In this document: positions 15,025 through 25,189 of the stretch, one piece after another
Layout of the letters: every line of letters starts with the position of its first letter
Numbering within the stretch: position 1 is the stretch's first letter
Translations under genes and position numbers: made by a program
The notes under the pieces: generated by a model
Seen by the model: only the letters and a program-made list of their open reading frames with translations
What the model was told of the DNA's origin: nothing
Databases searched by the model: none
Virus record (IMG/VR): IMGVR_UViG_3300017917_002938
Coordinates: 99,544 to 163,543 of that record
From: a virus
DNA: 64,000 bases
Reading direction: 5' to 3' (one strand)

Positions 15025-15052
15025 AAAAAAAGGAGGGAAAACCCTCCTTTTT
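15025..15052. terminator. Bidirectional rho-independent terminator separating the late cluster from the early region
   Basis: AAAAAAAGGAGGG-AAAA-CCCTCCTTTTT. Confidence 0.85.
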
Positions 15053-15071
15053 GCTCAGGTATTTCTGAGTG

Positions 15072-15323
15072 TTACGCTAACTTGCTTCCAAGCATGATAG
15101 CACTCACCAGCATATTCTTTACCTCCATGTCGTCGGCCTCGGCTTCCAACTCATCTACTTTGATTAAGTCTAACATCAAAGCAGAGAATTCTGAATCAGA
15201 TAACTGACCGCTCTCCATTCCCTCAATGAGTTGAAGGGCCATCTGAGCACGAGTCTCAGCCCATGGGCGCCCGCATGTGGATACTGCTTGTAAAGTACCT
15301 TTGTCTTGAATTAACATTACCAT
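15072..15323 (-). CDS. Hypothetical protein
   Basis: Tiled ORF; start uncertain. Confidence 0.6.
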   Translation of the reverse strand: MVMLIQDKGTLQAVSTCGRPWAETRAQMALQLIEGMESGQLSDSEFSALMLDLIKVDELEAEADDMEVKNMLVSAIMLGSKLA

Positions 15324-15697
15324 CTCCCTAATATGACTTTAGATGCACGCTCACTTTGTTGTAAGAGAATCTTCTTCTTCATCTCACAATATAGTGTAGC
15401 TCCCTCTCCCCTTTGTTGCCACTCATTGATAGTGAACCTCATAGGTTCAACTAGTCTGAGCACATCTTTCTGAAGAGCACCCTTGGCTTGACTATACAAC
15501 TCAAACCTCTTGATGTCTTCAGAAACAAGATTGACTTGGGGGATCTGTGGCTTCTCACAATCAATCTTTCCTATCGATATTCTAGCCTGAATTATATAGT
15601 TAGACTGATTATCATCCCAGAACGAGGGAATCCACTTCTCAATAGTAGAACACCCTGTCAACATTACCATAGTTACTGCTGCTAAGAGCATTCTCAT
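15317..15697 (-). CDS. Putative lipoprotein
   Basis: Signal peptide with lipobox LTGC. Confidence 0.7.
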   Translation of the reverse strand: MRMLLAAVTMVMLTGCSTIEKWIPSFWDDNQSNYIIQARISIGKIDCEKPQIPQVNLVSEDIKRFELYSQAKGALQKDVLRLVEPMRFTINEWQQRGEGATLYCEMKKKILLQQSERASKVILGRW

Positions 15698-15698
15698 G

Positions 15699-16196
15699 TT
15701 ATAGCTCCGGTTGAGGTTCTTGAACAGGCATTGGTTTACCAGTCGATGACATCATCACGGGACCTTGGGTGGCAGGAGCTACAGTGCCCGGACTATTAAA
15801 TTGCGGAGTGAACACGGGAGCGCTTGTTCTCGCTGGGGCTGGCTGTGTTTGAATAGGAGTAGGAGGCTTGTCCCATCCTTTATTAGCTGCTGCTAATGCT
15901 TGCTTCTGTGCATCCTTATCATTTCCAGCCAGCATTATCCCTGATAGAGTACCAGTTAGGAAAGTAGCAATAGGAATGATCAACTCAAAGAACTTCTGAT
16001 CGATAGGTGAGATCGCATTCAATGGTTGAGTTACAAATATGATAGAATAAAGAACAACAAATACAATACCGGTAAGCGTTAATGCTAAACATATACCGAT
16101 GAAGAAGCGCAAACGCGCCATAAGTTGATCTTCTGTGTAGATGAATGTATCATCTGCCTCTTTTTCTTTGAAAAAATTAATGTCTTTCATTTGCAA
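15699..16196 (-). CDS. Two-TM membrane protein with Pro-rich tail
   Basis: Two hydrophobic helices, IATFLTGTLSGIML. Confidence 0.7.
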   Translation of the reverse strand: MQMKDINFFKEKEADDTFIYTEDQLMARLRFFIGICLALTLTGIVFVVLYSIIFVTQPLNAISPIDQKFFELIIPIATFLTGTLSGIMLAGNDKDAQKQALAAANKGWDKPPTPIQTQPAPARTSAPVFTPQFNSPGTVAPATQGPVMMSSTGKPMPVQEPQPEL

Positions 16197-16474
16197 TTCG
16201 CTCCTTGTTGTGTTTGTGGGGCAGCAGGAGCCGCTCCCACTTGTCCTTCTAATCTGGTTGGAGGTGGTCCTAATCTAGGATCTCTCTGACCTTTAAAAAT
16301 ATGCTCTGGGCATGTTCTAGTCACATCACATAGAGGCATCTTACAGTAATCCTTATCCCAGTTGGCTGGGTCTTGACATGGATAGCGGAACTTATCCCCT
16401 CCAAAGATGGCAAGCATCAATGGAAGGAATAGCAGCAACGCCAGCCATCTAAACATTTTTCTATCATTCATCAT
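16187..16474 (-). CDS. Exported small Cys-containing protein
   Basis: N-terminal TM, then FRYPCQDPANWD..C..P.CDVTRTCPEH. Confidence 0.7.
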   Translation of the reverse strand: MMNDRKMFRWLALLLFLPLMLAIFGGDKFRYPCQDPANWDKDYCKMPLCDVTRTCPEHIFKGQRDPRLGPPPTRLEGQVGAAPAAPQTQQGANCK

Positions 16475-16493
16475 TCCATCCTTCTCGTTATAA

Positions 16494-17024
16494 TTATTTG
16501 GCTAACGGATTGTCTAACGCTTTTTGTATTTTTGAGTCGACAGTTCGTTCCATATTCTTTAGTGCCCCGTCCGTCTCTTTACGAGATTGGCGAAGCTCAT
16601 CACGCACATCTTTAACAGCCAAGTCCGTCTCTCTTTGAGATTGTTTGGCCGAACGCTCAACATTATCCACAGTGCTTTCCAAGCGACGGATGTCACTCTT
16701 CAAATCATTCTTAATGTTATTGGTATAATCTTGAGCAGATTCTGCTTGTTTAGAAATAACAGCTAATCTTTTGTCAAACTCTGATAAATCAGGAGCCACA
16801 TACTCTGCAATTCTTTTCTTCATACTTTGATAGTCTTTATATACTTCAAACGCACCATACAATCCACCTAGTATTGAAGATACGATTGTGAATGCAACCA
16901 TTAGCTTTGCTGGAGTAAATTCATATCCGCCAATACTGATGACGGTATCTTTACTCGCATACTTTTTAACTCCTGCTTCCAGATCATCAATTTTCTTATT
17001 TACATCTTTGATTTCTTCTGGCAT
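16494..17024 (-). CDS. Membrane-anchored coiled-coil protein
   Basis: One TM, long heptad-rich region, ends ALDNPLA. Confidence 0.7.
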   Translation of the reverse strand: MPEEIKDVNKKIDDLEAGVKKYASKDTVISIGGYEFTPAKLMVAFTIVSSILGGLYGAFEVYKDYQSMKKRIAEYVAPDLSEFDKRLAVISKQAESAQDYTNNIKNDLKSDIRRLESTVDNVERSAKQSQRETDLAVKDVRDELRQSRKETDGALKNMERTVDSKIQKALDNPLAK

Positions 17025-17032
17025 AACTTTTC

Positions 17033-17239
17033 CTATTTCTGTCTGTCCAACTGTTTGGCCAACGATCTCATCTTAATCAAGTCAGAAGGGGTTGGACCTT
17101 TCTCCTTCTTTTCTTCTATATCCTTTGTACTAACATCATTTTGTTCAGATTCTTTATAAAGGTAGAACGCATATATTACTAAAACCATTACCTCTATAAG
17201 ATAAAATACTATGAATGATTCAAGAAGAAGGCTCATCAT
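17033..17239 (-). CDS. Small membrane protein
   Basis: N-terminal TM. Confidence 0.55.
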   Translation of the reverse strand: MMSLLLESFIVFYLIEVMVLVIYAFYLYKESEQNDVSTKDIEEKKEKGPTPSDLIKMRSLAKQLDRQK

Positions 17240-18717
17240 CTGTACTGTTGATTAACCATTTCTTCATGAAGCCTATCCGACCCTCCAAATAATCTTCTTC
17301 CTGCGTTTCTATTATCTACAACATCTTTTCCATATTGTCTTTGTAATTGCTTTTGAAGCAGATCAGGAACGTTTGCTTGAGCGTAAGAAGCAAACCCAGG
17401 AACAAATCCCATTGCCCCTATGACATTTTGTTGCACGGCTACTTGACTTTCAAATGTAGTAGCTGTTTGAGCTTTTTTCATCTCATCTCTTGCTTTTTCA
17501 TTTGCTGCTCTCTTTATCTCGGCACTAGGTTTACCTTCATTAGAATTAGCTCTTGCCTCAGCTCTCTCAGCTCTTTCTGCCCTAACTGATTTAGGGGCGG
17601 GTTGCTCTTGAGAGTTACTTCCTTGTTTAGGTTCTGGCTTTTGCTGTTGAGCAACTTGATTTGGTCCACCTTGTCCTCCTTGTGAAGGGGCTAATTGTAC
17701 GGGGGCTGTCGCACTAGGAGTAACAGAAGATTTTGATTCTATTGTTTTATCTACGTTACTATCTCCTGTAGTTGATACCTGTGTCTCTACCTTACCATCA
17801 GATGAAACTGTAGTAGAAGGTTCAGATTTAGGCTTAACAGTAGATGTGGAAGATGTAGAAGATATTCCTAATACATTTTTCTTAGCATATGCAGCTGCAT
17901 AATCCGGGCACGAAGTACTATAGAGACTATCTAATGTGCATTGTTGTGCAAGATAAGCCGATTGATATCCCGGGCATGATTGAGAGAATAATGGATTGAT
18001 TGTACATTGAGCAGTTGTATATCCTGGGCATGATGGATCATGCAATGGATTAATAGAGCATTGCTGTGTTAGATAAGCGGCTGCATAACCTGGACATGAA
18101 GCATTAGATAAAGGATCAGAAGCACATATGTCTGCGGTATAGTTAAATCTCAAATATGGATCTTTAAACTGAGGTCCATAGTAACCAGCCCAGAATCTAC
18201 TATCTTTTCCTGTAAATGTTAATCTTGCATTACCAACACTAGCTAATGAATAAGGAGAAGAAAATATTTTTGTTTGATCCCATTGAGTCCATCCATTGGT
18301 AGTCTGAGGTAAATTATCATTATATGATTGTAAGGTTTCACCTGATGGACTTAAAATAGACGCTCCCACAGATAATGTTCCTGAATAATCATTTTGATTA
18401 TAGTAAGTTAATCCATATTCTATTCCGTTGATCTGAAGACCAGACCCAGACAAAGCAGAATTAATTGCCATTGAGTATGCAATTGTTCCTTGAGTATAGC
18501 CAAACATGAACTGCCCTGTTGAACTATTATATCCAGGTTGGTTTCCCCCTGCAAATCCCCCTCCTGTAGAATTAGTAACAGTAAATCCTGTCCAGTTGTA
18601 ATCAACTCCAGCTGGAGCGGGACTTACAGTTGTTCCAACTACATTAGGAGAAGTCTGGATCTGTGCGTAAACAGATCCAGCTAGCAAGAATAAGAATATA
18701 GAAAGAAACTTTTTCAT
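17236..18717 (-). CDS. Secreted protein with four Cys-repeat units
   Basis: Signal peptide; WAGYYGP; 4x C-x2-(D/N)(P/S)L-x4-CP(G/D)Y; low-complexity linker. Confidence 0.75.
   Translation of the reverse strand: MKKFLSIFLFLLAGSVYAQIQTSPNVVGTTVSPAPAGVDYNWTGFTVTNSTGGGFAGGNQPGYNSSTGQFMFGYTQGTIAYSMAINSALSGSGLQINGIEYGLTYYNQNDYSGTLSVGASILSPSGETLQSYNDNLPQTTNGWTQWDQTKIFSSPYSLASVGNARLTFTGKDSRFWAGYYGPQFKDPYLRFNYTADICASDPLSNASCPGYAAAYLTQQCSINPLHDPSCPGYTTAQCTINPLFSQSCPGYQSAYLAQQCTLDSLYSTSCPDYAAAYAKKNVLGISSTSSTSTVKPKSEPSTTVSSDGKVETQVSTTGDSNVDKTIESKSSVTPSATAPVQLAPSQGGQGGPNQVAQQQKPEPKQGSNSQEQPAPKSVRAERAERAEARANSNEGKPSAEIKRAANEKARDEMKKAQTATTFESQVAVQQNVIGAMGFVPGFASYAQANVPDLLQKQLQRQYGKDVVDNRNAGRRLFGGSDRLHEEMVNQQYR
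17887..18126 (-). repeat. Intragenic tandem Cys repeats
   Basis: CASDPLSNASCPGY / CSINPLHDPSCPGY / CTINPLFSQSCPGY / CTLDSLYSTSCPDY. Confidence 0.8.
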
Positions 18718-19259
18718 TTAGCTGCTTCTTCTTTCTTATCTTCTTTTTTGTCTTCTTTCTTTTCCGGCTCTCTTAAATCAACTATAGGAGGTTTAATAGC
18801 GTAATTACCTACTTCGTCTTTCTTTGCCCTGTTTAATGCTCCTCGTCTTTCCCATTCTGTTTTAGCATCAGCACCTATCTTACCGTCGATTGGGCAAGGG
18901 GTTCCAGCTGCTATCATAGCAGTAAAGATACGCTCATCTTGACACAATGTTGCAACTGCAGCAACCTTCATGCCCATGTCGTAGAGGTTTTTAGATAATT
19001 TAATTCTCTCGCAATTTAAATCCTTTTGCGTCCCTCCCATCGAGATGCCAAGTATTTGCGTTTGAACGGCGCCAGATGCTGCTACAGCGCACACGTCATT
19101 ATTAATTGTTGTGATTGCGGGAGCCACAGCCGTAGGAGGCGGTGACTTTACCGTAGTTTCTGAGGTGCTTCTTGAAGTCGAGTCAGTAACAATTGTTTGA
19201 CCAATTGCAGGTGATGATAACATAACAAAAAGCACCGCAGCTGCGAGCTTTCTGTTCAT
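18714..19259 (-). CDS. Secreted Cys-containing protein
   Basis: Signal peptide; SPPPTAVAP...DVC...NCERIKLS...MGMKVAAV..LCQD...GTPCP. Confidence 0.75.
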   Translation of the reverse strand: MNRKLAAAVLFVMLSSPAIGQTIVTDSTSRSTSETTVKSPPPTAVAPAITTINNDVCAVAASGAVQTQILGISMGGTQKDLNCERIKLSKNLYDMGMKVAAVATLCQDERIFTAMIAAGTPCPIDGKIGADAKTEWERRGALNRAKKDEVGNYAIKPPIVDLREPEKKEDKKEDKKEEAAK

Positions 19260-19276
19260 TTCGTTTGTTCCTTAAC

Positions 19277-19522
19277 TTAAATAATTGTTTGTTCTATCCA
19301 AAACATTACAAATTGGTTGGCAGAATTTTCTTCTTCGAACAAACCTATCTTAGTTACATGTAGTAGTCTATGATGCATCACTACTAGAATAGTGTCGAGA
19401 TTAGTCATTGAGGCCTTCAATACCCAATCATTAATAACGACAGGCTCAACCGAAGTTAATTCTAATCCACTCTCAAGGGACTTTACTTTTGTTAAGTATT
19501 TTGTTCTTTCTGGTTGAGACAT
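19277..19522 (-). CDS. Hypothetical protein
   Basis: AGGAGG RBS directly behind a late promoter. Confidence 0.6.
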   Translation of the reverse strand: MSQPERTKYLTKVKSLESGLELTSVEPVVINDWVLKASMTNLDTILVVMHHRLLHVTKIGLFEEENSANQFVMFWIEQTII

Positions 19523-19537
19523 AAGACCTCCTACGAC

Positions 19538-19545
19538 TATTTAGG
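19538..19545 (-). promoter_or_regulatory. Late promoter variant
   Basis: CCTAAATA upstream of the 19522-15072 cluster. Confidence 0.55.
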
Positions 19546-19567
19546 AGGACTCAAGTTGAGGGTGATA

Positions 19568-20017
19568 TTATAAACCGAATGTTTCCACGTATCTCGAGAA
19601 TAAACCTAACTCTCTTCCATACGCTTCTATTTCCCAAGGTTGATCCCAGTAATCAATCTTATTATTTTCAAAGTGTCTATCATGCCAGGTAGTCGGGCGA
19701 GAGAATACAAACCCGTTAGACAATTCACCTAGAGCAAATTGTTTAAGATGTACCATCTCATGGGCAAGATTTTTAAGTAAATCTTCCTTCTTTTCTTTCT
19801 TATCTAACTCAATGATAAAAAATCTATGAGGTCCATCCTTATCTGAGTATTCACAATATCCAGAAGCATTATCATCTAGCTTTCCTTTAAGAAGAATATC
19901 TAAACTGATATTATTAGTCATTCTTCGAGGTAAAAGAATGGATCCGTAGAACTCAGCTGCTTGCGCTAGCTCGTTCTTAAGCTTGGAAGATCTATGTCCT
20001 TTAACCTCTATATCCAT
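19568..20017 (-). CDS. Zn-dependent metallopeptidase (HExxH)
   Basis: LAHEMVHLKQ...YWDQPWEIEAY; start trimmed to MDIEV (ORF is open to 20143). Confidence 0.75.
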   Translation of the reverse strand: MDIEVKGHRSSKLKNELAQAAEFYGSILLPRRMTNNISLDILLKGKLDDNASGYCEYSDKDGPHRFFIIELDKKEKKEDLLKNLAHEMVHLKQFALGELSNGFVFSRPTTWHDRHFENNKIDYWDQPWEIEAYGRELGLFSRYVETFGL

Positions 20018-20161
20018 AAGATTACCTACAGAATAACGATAACTAAAAGTCCTCGTAAAGTGAAACGCTCGATCGTATCTTGCCTTTTTCTTCCTATAAG
20101 ATCCAATATGTTCTTGATTTTGAAGATAATAACTGTATCTCATTGGTTTTATAATGCAAAA

Positions 20162-21544
20162 TTATTTGAAGGAATCGAAAAGATTCTTTCTCTCAGTATT
20201 TATTCTTTTCCCGGTTGCTGAGCTATCAAAAACAGGTGTATCATCTTGAATGTTTTGCTGAGCATGTTGTTCTACATCGTATAAACGCATCTTAGACTTA
20301 TCCACACCAATAACGAACTTGCGATGAAAGCCTGGATCTGAATATCGATTCTTCAATTGTTTAACCATGAATTGCCCTAGATCCTGTAGTTCTTCAGAGG
20401 ATATTAAAGCAAACATAAAGTCAGCAGTTGCAGGCAATCCAAACGATTCAGAAGTATCTTCTAACCCTAAGTCGGTATTCGTGTAACCCGAGCGAGTAGT
20501 CTGAGTAGCGGATACGATAGGGACGTTAAATTCAACCGCCAAACCTCTTAACTCTTCAGCAATAGCCTTTACATAAGAATAAGAATTAACATTGCTTCCA
20601 AATTTAAGTCTAGAACTTATACAGATATTTAAATAGTCAATATAGATGATATCAGGTACGAAGTTACGTTTAAGCTTAAGCTCATTCAACAGATGCCTGA
20701 AGTTAGCCGATCCAGCACTAGCGGTAGGATACTCTTTGATGATTAGTTTACCGGTAGTCTTTTCTTTTACTCTTGCGATCTTCTTTTCGTATACATCTAG
20801 AGGGAGTACGGAAAGCATATCGATAGTCTCATTTAGAAGATTAGCATCGATCCTCTCTGCAATCTTCTCTTCCGCCATTTCTAACGTAATGTAAAGAACA
20901 TCATATCCTTTAGAGAGGTTAGATGCAGCACAATGACACATGAACAAAGACTTACCAACACCAGTACCAGCAAGTGCCACATTAAGGGTCTTAGCCGGTA
21001 AGCCTCCCTTTGTAATTTTATTAAAGTATTCGAGATCAAATTCAACTCGCTTTATCTTTTCATGATACGAATCGTAACGATCTTCAAAGTCTTCCAAAAA
21101 GTCATGCCCGATGCTCGTATCAAATGACACCGATAATGCTTCTGATAATAACGCTGGAATACTTCCCTTTGAAAGCTTTCCAGTCTTATCGTCGAGTATG
21201 TGGATTGATTCCATGATCGCATTCTGAATAGCTTTATCTTGACAGAATTTCTCAGTTACATCTAACAACCACTCTACATCGTCTTGTTTGTCTTCTTCTT
21301 TCAGAGTATGAATATAATCTTTCAGATGTTGAACTTCTTCATCAGATAGACCATCAACGTTATCTGCATCAACTAATAGTGCAGTTTGATTAGGAGACTT
21401 ATTATAGAGTTCTGTATATTGCTTGATTAACTTATATGTCGTCTTTGTAATTCTATCAGCAAAGTAGCTATCTTTGAGGAATGGTAATACTTTTCTTGTG
21501 TACTCTTCATTATGAATTAGATTGAACAGTATCGTCTTTTCCAC
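20162..21544 (-). CDS. 41: Replicative DNA helicase (T4 gp41)
   Basis: AGTGVGKS, YITLEMAEE, KEYPT, IDYLNI, SATQTTR, SESFGLPATAD. Confidence 0.95.
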   Translation of the reverse strand: MEKTILFNLIHNEEYTRKVLPFLKDSYFADRITKTTYKLIKQYTELYNKSPNQTALLVDADNVDGLSDEEVQHLKDYIHTLKEEDKQDDVEWLLDVTEKFCQDKAIQNAIMESIHILDDKTGKLSKGSIPALLSEALSVSFDTSIGHDFLEDFEDRYDSYHEKIKRVEFDLEYFNKITKGGLPAKTLNVALAGTGVGKSLFMCHCAASNLSKGYDVLYITLEMAEEKIAERIDANLLNETIDMLSVLPLDVYEKKIARVKEKTTGKLIIKEYPTASAGSANFRHLLNELKLKRNFVPDIIYIDYLNICISSRLKFGSNVNSYSYVKAIAEELRGLAVEFNVPIVSATQTTRSGYTNTDLGLEDTSESFGLPATADFMFALISSEELQDLGQFMVKQLKNRYSDPGFHRKFVIGVDKSKMRLYDVEQHAQQNIQDDTPVFDSSATGKRINTERKNLFDSFK

Positions 21545-21749
21545 TATTTCTTTCCTTCCAGGAGCTATTTTCTATAATTATAGAACCATCTTCATTTATT
21601 TTCCATTCAAGGGTATCATTCACACGCCAGTCCCATTCTTCCAGCGTTCCCTCGTCAAAAACCAGAAATTGATCTCCGTTTTCGTCTTCTTCTACATTTG
21701 CTACTATCGTCTTACTTTGAAGGGGATGTACTTTTGTATTTGGCTGCAC
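21510..21749 (-). CDS. AbrB/MazE-like small protein
   Basis: VEEDENGDQFLVF...W..NDTLEW...DGSIII. Confidence 0.5.
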   Translation of the reverse strand: MQPNTKVHPLQSKTIVANVEEDENGDQFLVFDEGTLEEWDWRVNDTLEWKINEDGSIIIENSSWKERNSGKDDTVQSNS

Positions 21750-22035
21750 GAACTTGCTCCTGAGGGACTTTAAATCTCGTGTCTGGGTATCTTGTTTTTG
21801 CAGCTAGCTCAAGATCTTCAAATGTCTTTCCTTGAGCAATAAAGTCTCCTTTATCGGAGTAGAGAAGAAAGAATCCGCTATGCTCTTCTATAGATGCATC
21901 AACAATTATCTCTTCTACTTCCTCTAATGCTCGATGAAAGAATTCTTCTTCAACCTTGGCTTTTGCTACACGGTACAATGCATATATGAACCCAATTATG
22001 AAACCTAAAGCAATTAAAAATAAATCATCAAACAT
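21712..22035 (-). CDS. Membrane-anchored hypothetical protein
   Basis: N-terminal TM; FIAQGKT motif. Confidence 0.6.
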   Translation of the reverse strand: MFDDLFLIALGFIIGFIYALYRVAKAKVEEEFFHRALEEVEEIIVDASIEEHSGFFLLYSDKGDFIAQGKTFEDLELAAKTRYPDTRFKVPQEQVRAAKYKSTSPSK

Positions 22036-22312
22036 TACTTTTAAGGTCTTTTTCGAATGTAAAAAAGGCTTTCATTTTTTGTTCTTCTGTCCATGAAGAA
22101 CAATAATCATTATCAACATCACATAGAGATAATGCTTGTTCTTGTGATACTACTCGATGAGAAACAATAGTCTCTCCTAAGTGCTCTTGACTAAATTCCT
22201 GAGCCTCTTGACATACTACGGTGTCAAGGGCGTATTCAGGATGACTGTCTGGCGTCTCAACCATGTAACGCATACGGAACATTGATACTGCTTCTACTAA
22301 TACCCAGGCCAT
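22028..22312 (-). CDS. Hypothetical protein
   Basis: SMFRMRY...EFSQEHLGETIVSHR. Confidence 0.65.
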   Translation of the reverse strand: MAWVLVEAVSMFRMRYMVETPDSHPEYALDTVVCQEAQEFSQEHLGETIVSHRVVSQEQALSLCDVDNDYCSSWTEEQKMKAFFTFEKDLKSNV

Positions 22313-22584
22313 TATATTTTTCTCCTACAATCAAAACTATCTACCATTACTCTAAATGAACCAGCATACTTGCAATCAAGAACGATGTCCTGTCCTCTGA
22401 AGTGACTTCCGGTCCAAAACCCAATAGCAAAAATAATAAACACTAACGCATAGGTGGGAGCTGCTTGAAGAAAACCTTTTTTAAAGCTTCTCCAATCTCT
22501 CTTACTAAACCAAACGTTATTATAATCACTCCGCTGCGACTGCCTCGACGAGTTCTTCGTCGACCGAACGCCCTGCTGTTCCAT
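22312..22584 (-). CDS. Small membrane protein
   Basis: One TM, C-terminal Cys pair; start uncertain. Confidence 0.45.
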   Translation of the reverse strand: MEQQGVRSTKNSSRQSQRSDYNNVWFSKRDWRSFKKGFLQAAPTYALVFIIFAIGFWTGSHFRGQDIVLDCKYAGSFRVMVDSFDCRRKI

Positions 22585-23590
22585 AGCTAAATTCCTTTTT
22601 GGCTGCTTCCTCAAGCTGCTTCATAATGTCTTCCGTGAAGTACTTTTCTGGATTCTCATTAATATTTTTACCAAATACCTTTGTGCCATCTGGTAATTCA
22701 TAACGAGTAGAGGATTTTTTGATAATGTTATACTTCTCTGCTAGCTCTAGGAGCCCATAGTACCTATCGAGCCCTTTGGAGAAAGTAAGTAACACTTCGA
22801 CTTGGGCTTGCTCTTTTGATAGCCTAGATTTATACATCTTGACTTTGATGATATTACCGATAACTTCTGTTCCATCTTTTTCACGTCTTTTGGTGAGCAT
22901 AGCAATCGTGCTAGCCGCATATTTGAGTCCTGTTCCACCGCCTAGCTCCTTTGTAGGTACGTAAGATCCAACTAAATCATAAACATGATTAGTCACTAAC
23001 ATTGGCACTTTAACCTTAGCTAATTTCAAAGTAATTACTCTGAAAGCAGCTTTAATGACCTGCGCCTTAGTCATATCTCTAGTATCCTTACCTTCAAGAG
23101 AGTCTTCCATCTCTTTAGAGGTCGATAGCATTCCTAAACTATCTAATACAAATAGCATAGGAGGACGTTTATTCTCAGGTTGTTTATCATATGCATCAAG
23201 CATCTTTAATGCATGAGTTTTAAACTTCTGAATAGTATCCGGCTCAGCAATAATTACTCTTCCGGTATCAATACCTCTTTCCTCCATCATACCTTTGGTA
23301 ACGGCGGCTTCAGTATCGTAATATACTACTCCTCCCTCGGGGTTTTGTTCAAGGAAGGATCTGACGACCCCAAGAACGAAGTAAGTCTTACCAGTAGCGG
23401 ACTCTCCTGCAAAAGCAGTAACTTTATTATCAGGGACGCCACCGTAGAGGCTACCACTGAGAACAGCGTTGAGAATGTAGCTGCCAGTATCAATAAAACC
23501 CCCAAACTCAGCACTGCCGTTGCCGTCAGCGGCAATAGAAGTATCTTCATCTTTAATTTCCTCTACTAAATTTCTAAAAAAACTAGTCAT
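22526..23590 (-). CDS. uvsX: RecA-like recombinase UvsX
   Basis: [37 protein letters not shown]. Confidence 0.95.
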   Translation of the reverse strand: MTSFFRNLVEEIKDEDTSIAADGNGSAEFGGFIDTGSYILNAVLSGSLYGGVPDNKVTAFAGESATGKTYFVLGVVRSFLEQNPEGGVVYYDTEAAVTKGMMEERGIDTGRVIIAEPDTIQKFKTHALKMLDAYDKQPENKRPPMLFVLDSLGMLSTSKEMEDSLEGKDTRDMTKAQVIKAAFRVITLKLAKVKVPMLVTNHVYDLVGSYVPTKELGGGTGLKYAASTIAMLTKRREKDGTEVIGNIIKVKMYKSRLSKEQAQVEVLLTFSKGLDRYYGLLELAEKYNIIKKSSTRYELPDGTKVFGKNINENPEKYFTEDIMKQLEEAAKKEFSYGTAGRSVDEELVEAVAAE

Positions 23591-23796
23591 TGTATATTAT
23601 CCTCTATTTGTTTCTGATAATGATTTTTTAATCGAATGTATGCGTCGTATACAGATTTAGGAATTACTTTGCCGTAAGAGGTTAGTTCTTGTTCGATAGC
23701 TAGCGCAAGCTCCCTCGACAATTTAATCTCTTGTGCGTATCCAATAGGGTGAACTTCGAAGTCAGGCATTTTGTCTCCAAGGGTCTTTACTTTCAA
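23587..23796 (-). CDS. Hypothetical protein
   Basis: Tiled ORF; true start may be MPDFEV. Confidence 0.55.
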   Translation of the reverse strand: MKVKTLGDKMPDFEVHPIGYAQEIKLSRELALAIEQELTSYGKVIPKSVYDAYIRLKNHYQKQIEDNIQ

Positions 23797-23980
23797 GTAT
23801 ACTAGGATTATTCTCCGCTAACAAATCCATTTCATAACGGTGAGGATAATGTCTAAGAATAGTTCTAGCTTGGTCACGAATACTCTTAGGTAATCGGGGT
23901 GTCTTTTTAGGGTCAATAAGTTCAAGCATGAATTCTTCAGCCCAAATTACTGCACGGTATCTTTCATATGGTATAGTCAA
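23762..23980 (-). CDS. Hypothetical protein
   Basis: MTIPYERYRAV...TPR.PK.IR..A..ILRHYP. Confidence 0.65.
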   Translation of the reverse strand: MTIPYERYRAVIWAEEFMLELIDPKKTPRLPKSIRDQARTILRHYPHRYEMDLLAENNPSILESKDPWRQNA

Positions 23981-24900
23981 AACGAACCTCCATCCTTCAT
24001 ATCTTTAATCTGATTGGGATCTATCTCTATTTTACCTGCTTTTCGTTTTCTGTTCAACTCTTGTGTACGTCTGATCCATCTAGGGACATAGTCTTTTTTT
24101 TCATCTTTGTCTTCTCTTATCATTTCTGCAATGACAGGATCTTCTTCTATTGGACGTCTATAATTGATAGAACTGTTAGCAGCTATAAGAAGAGCAAGAG
24201 CAAGAGGATCAAACACCACTACGATAAGAATAATAACCCATCTGACAGATTTGTCAATGATAGAGTCAGAAGCTTCCCCGTATATTAACTCAGCAATGTA
24301 CTTGATGGGTCCTACTTCTGCAGTTACTTTTCTTAATTCAGATGCTATGGGAGCTCGTTCTTCATTCAGTCTGGCGATTCTTCCTTGAGCTGATCCAATG
24401 TCAGCCATAAGTGAGGTTCGTTCCTTCTGTTGTCCTCGTCTAATTTGTACAGCTCTCTCCATTCCCTTCTCATCTGAGCTTCGTGTAACTGTCTGGTCAA
24501 CCTGCGCGTCCAGTTGATTGAGTGCTTTTCTTGCTGTTTCAATTGTATCTCTCTCTGTTTTTATTTTTTCGTCTATAATTGAAAGTTTACTTGCAACGTC
24601 TCCAGTAGGGACAGCTTGATCGAGATGGGCTTTGGAAAGATATCCAAACGTTCCCATCGATGTTATTAACATGAGTACTGCTACAGCTGCAGTCAAATAA
24701 TACTTAATAGTTTTAGGAGCTGTATACCAGTTTCTATAGACCCAAGATGCAGCTACTACTTTAGCTAACTCTAACGACCCGCCCATGATTACAATAGGCC
24801 AGAAGGCAGTTGAAAAAATAGCGGTAAGGCCTACTACAGAGTAAAAGGCCGCTACTGTAGAAAGTAGTAAAGCAGTAAAAAGGGTCAATAAATTAATCAT
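23977..24900 (-). CDS. Multi-TM coiled-coil membrane protein
   Basis: Three N-terminal TMs, FGYLSKAH, EVGPIKYIAE, VFDPLA. Confidence 0.75.
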   Translation of the reverse strand: MINLLTLFTALLLSTVAAFYSVVGLTAIFSTAFWPIVIMGGSLELAKVVAASWVYRNWYTAPKTIKYYLTAAVAVLMLITSMGTFGYLSKAHLDQAVPTGDVASKLSIIDEKIKTERDTIETARKALNQLDAQVDQTVTRSSDEKGMERAVQIRRGQQKERTSLMADIGSAQGRIARLNEERAPIASELRKVTAEVGPIKYIAELIYGEASDSIIDKSVRWVIILIVVVFDPLALALLIAANSSINYRRPIEEDPVIAEMIREDKDEKKDYVPRWIRRTQELNRKRKAGKIEIDPNQIKDMKDGGSF

Positions 24901-25189
24901 TTACAATCTTATTCACTCTATCAATAAAAGCTTTCATCTTTACGGATCTATCAGGCCAGTGAATATATTCTTTATTGTCGTCTTTGGCTAGATTTTTTAA
25001 CAAAGGCATTACTGCCTTATACAATTGTTCTAGTTTACCTTTGTAGGTTTGTTCGATTTCTTCAATATCTTTTGATTGTTTAGTAACTTGTTGTTGAAGG
25101 GCTCGTTCTCTTGCTCTCAACTCCTCTTCACTAACAGCACTAAATCCAAAGTCATCGTCATCATATGCGTCGTCTATGCTTAGTCTCAT
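24893..25189 (-). CDS. Conserved T4-like hypothetical protein
   Basis: DFGFSAV...PLLKNL...YIHWPDR. Confidence 0.65.
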   Translation of the reverse strand: MRLSIDDAYDDDDFGFSAVSEEELRARERALQQQVTKQSKDIEEIEQTYKGKLEQLYKAVMPLLKNLAKDDNKEYIHWPDRSVKMKAFIDRVNKIVND

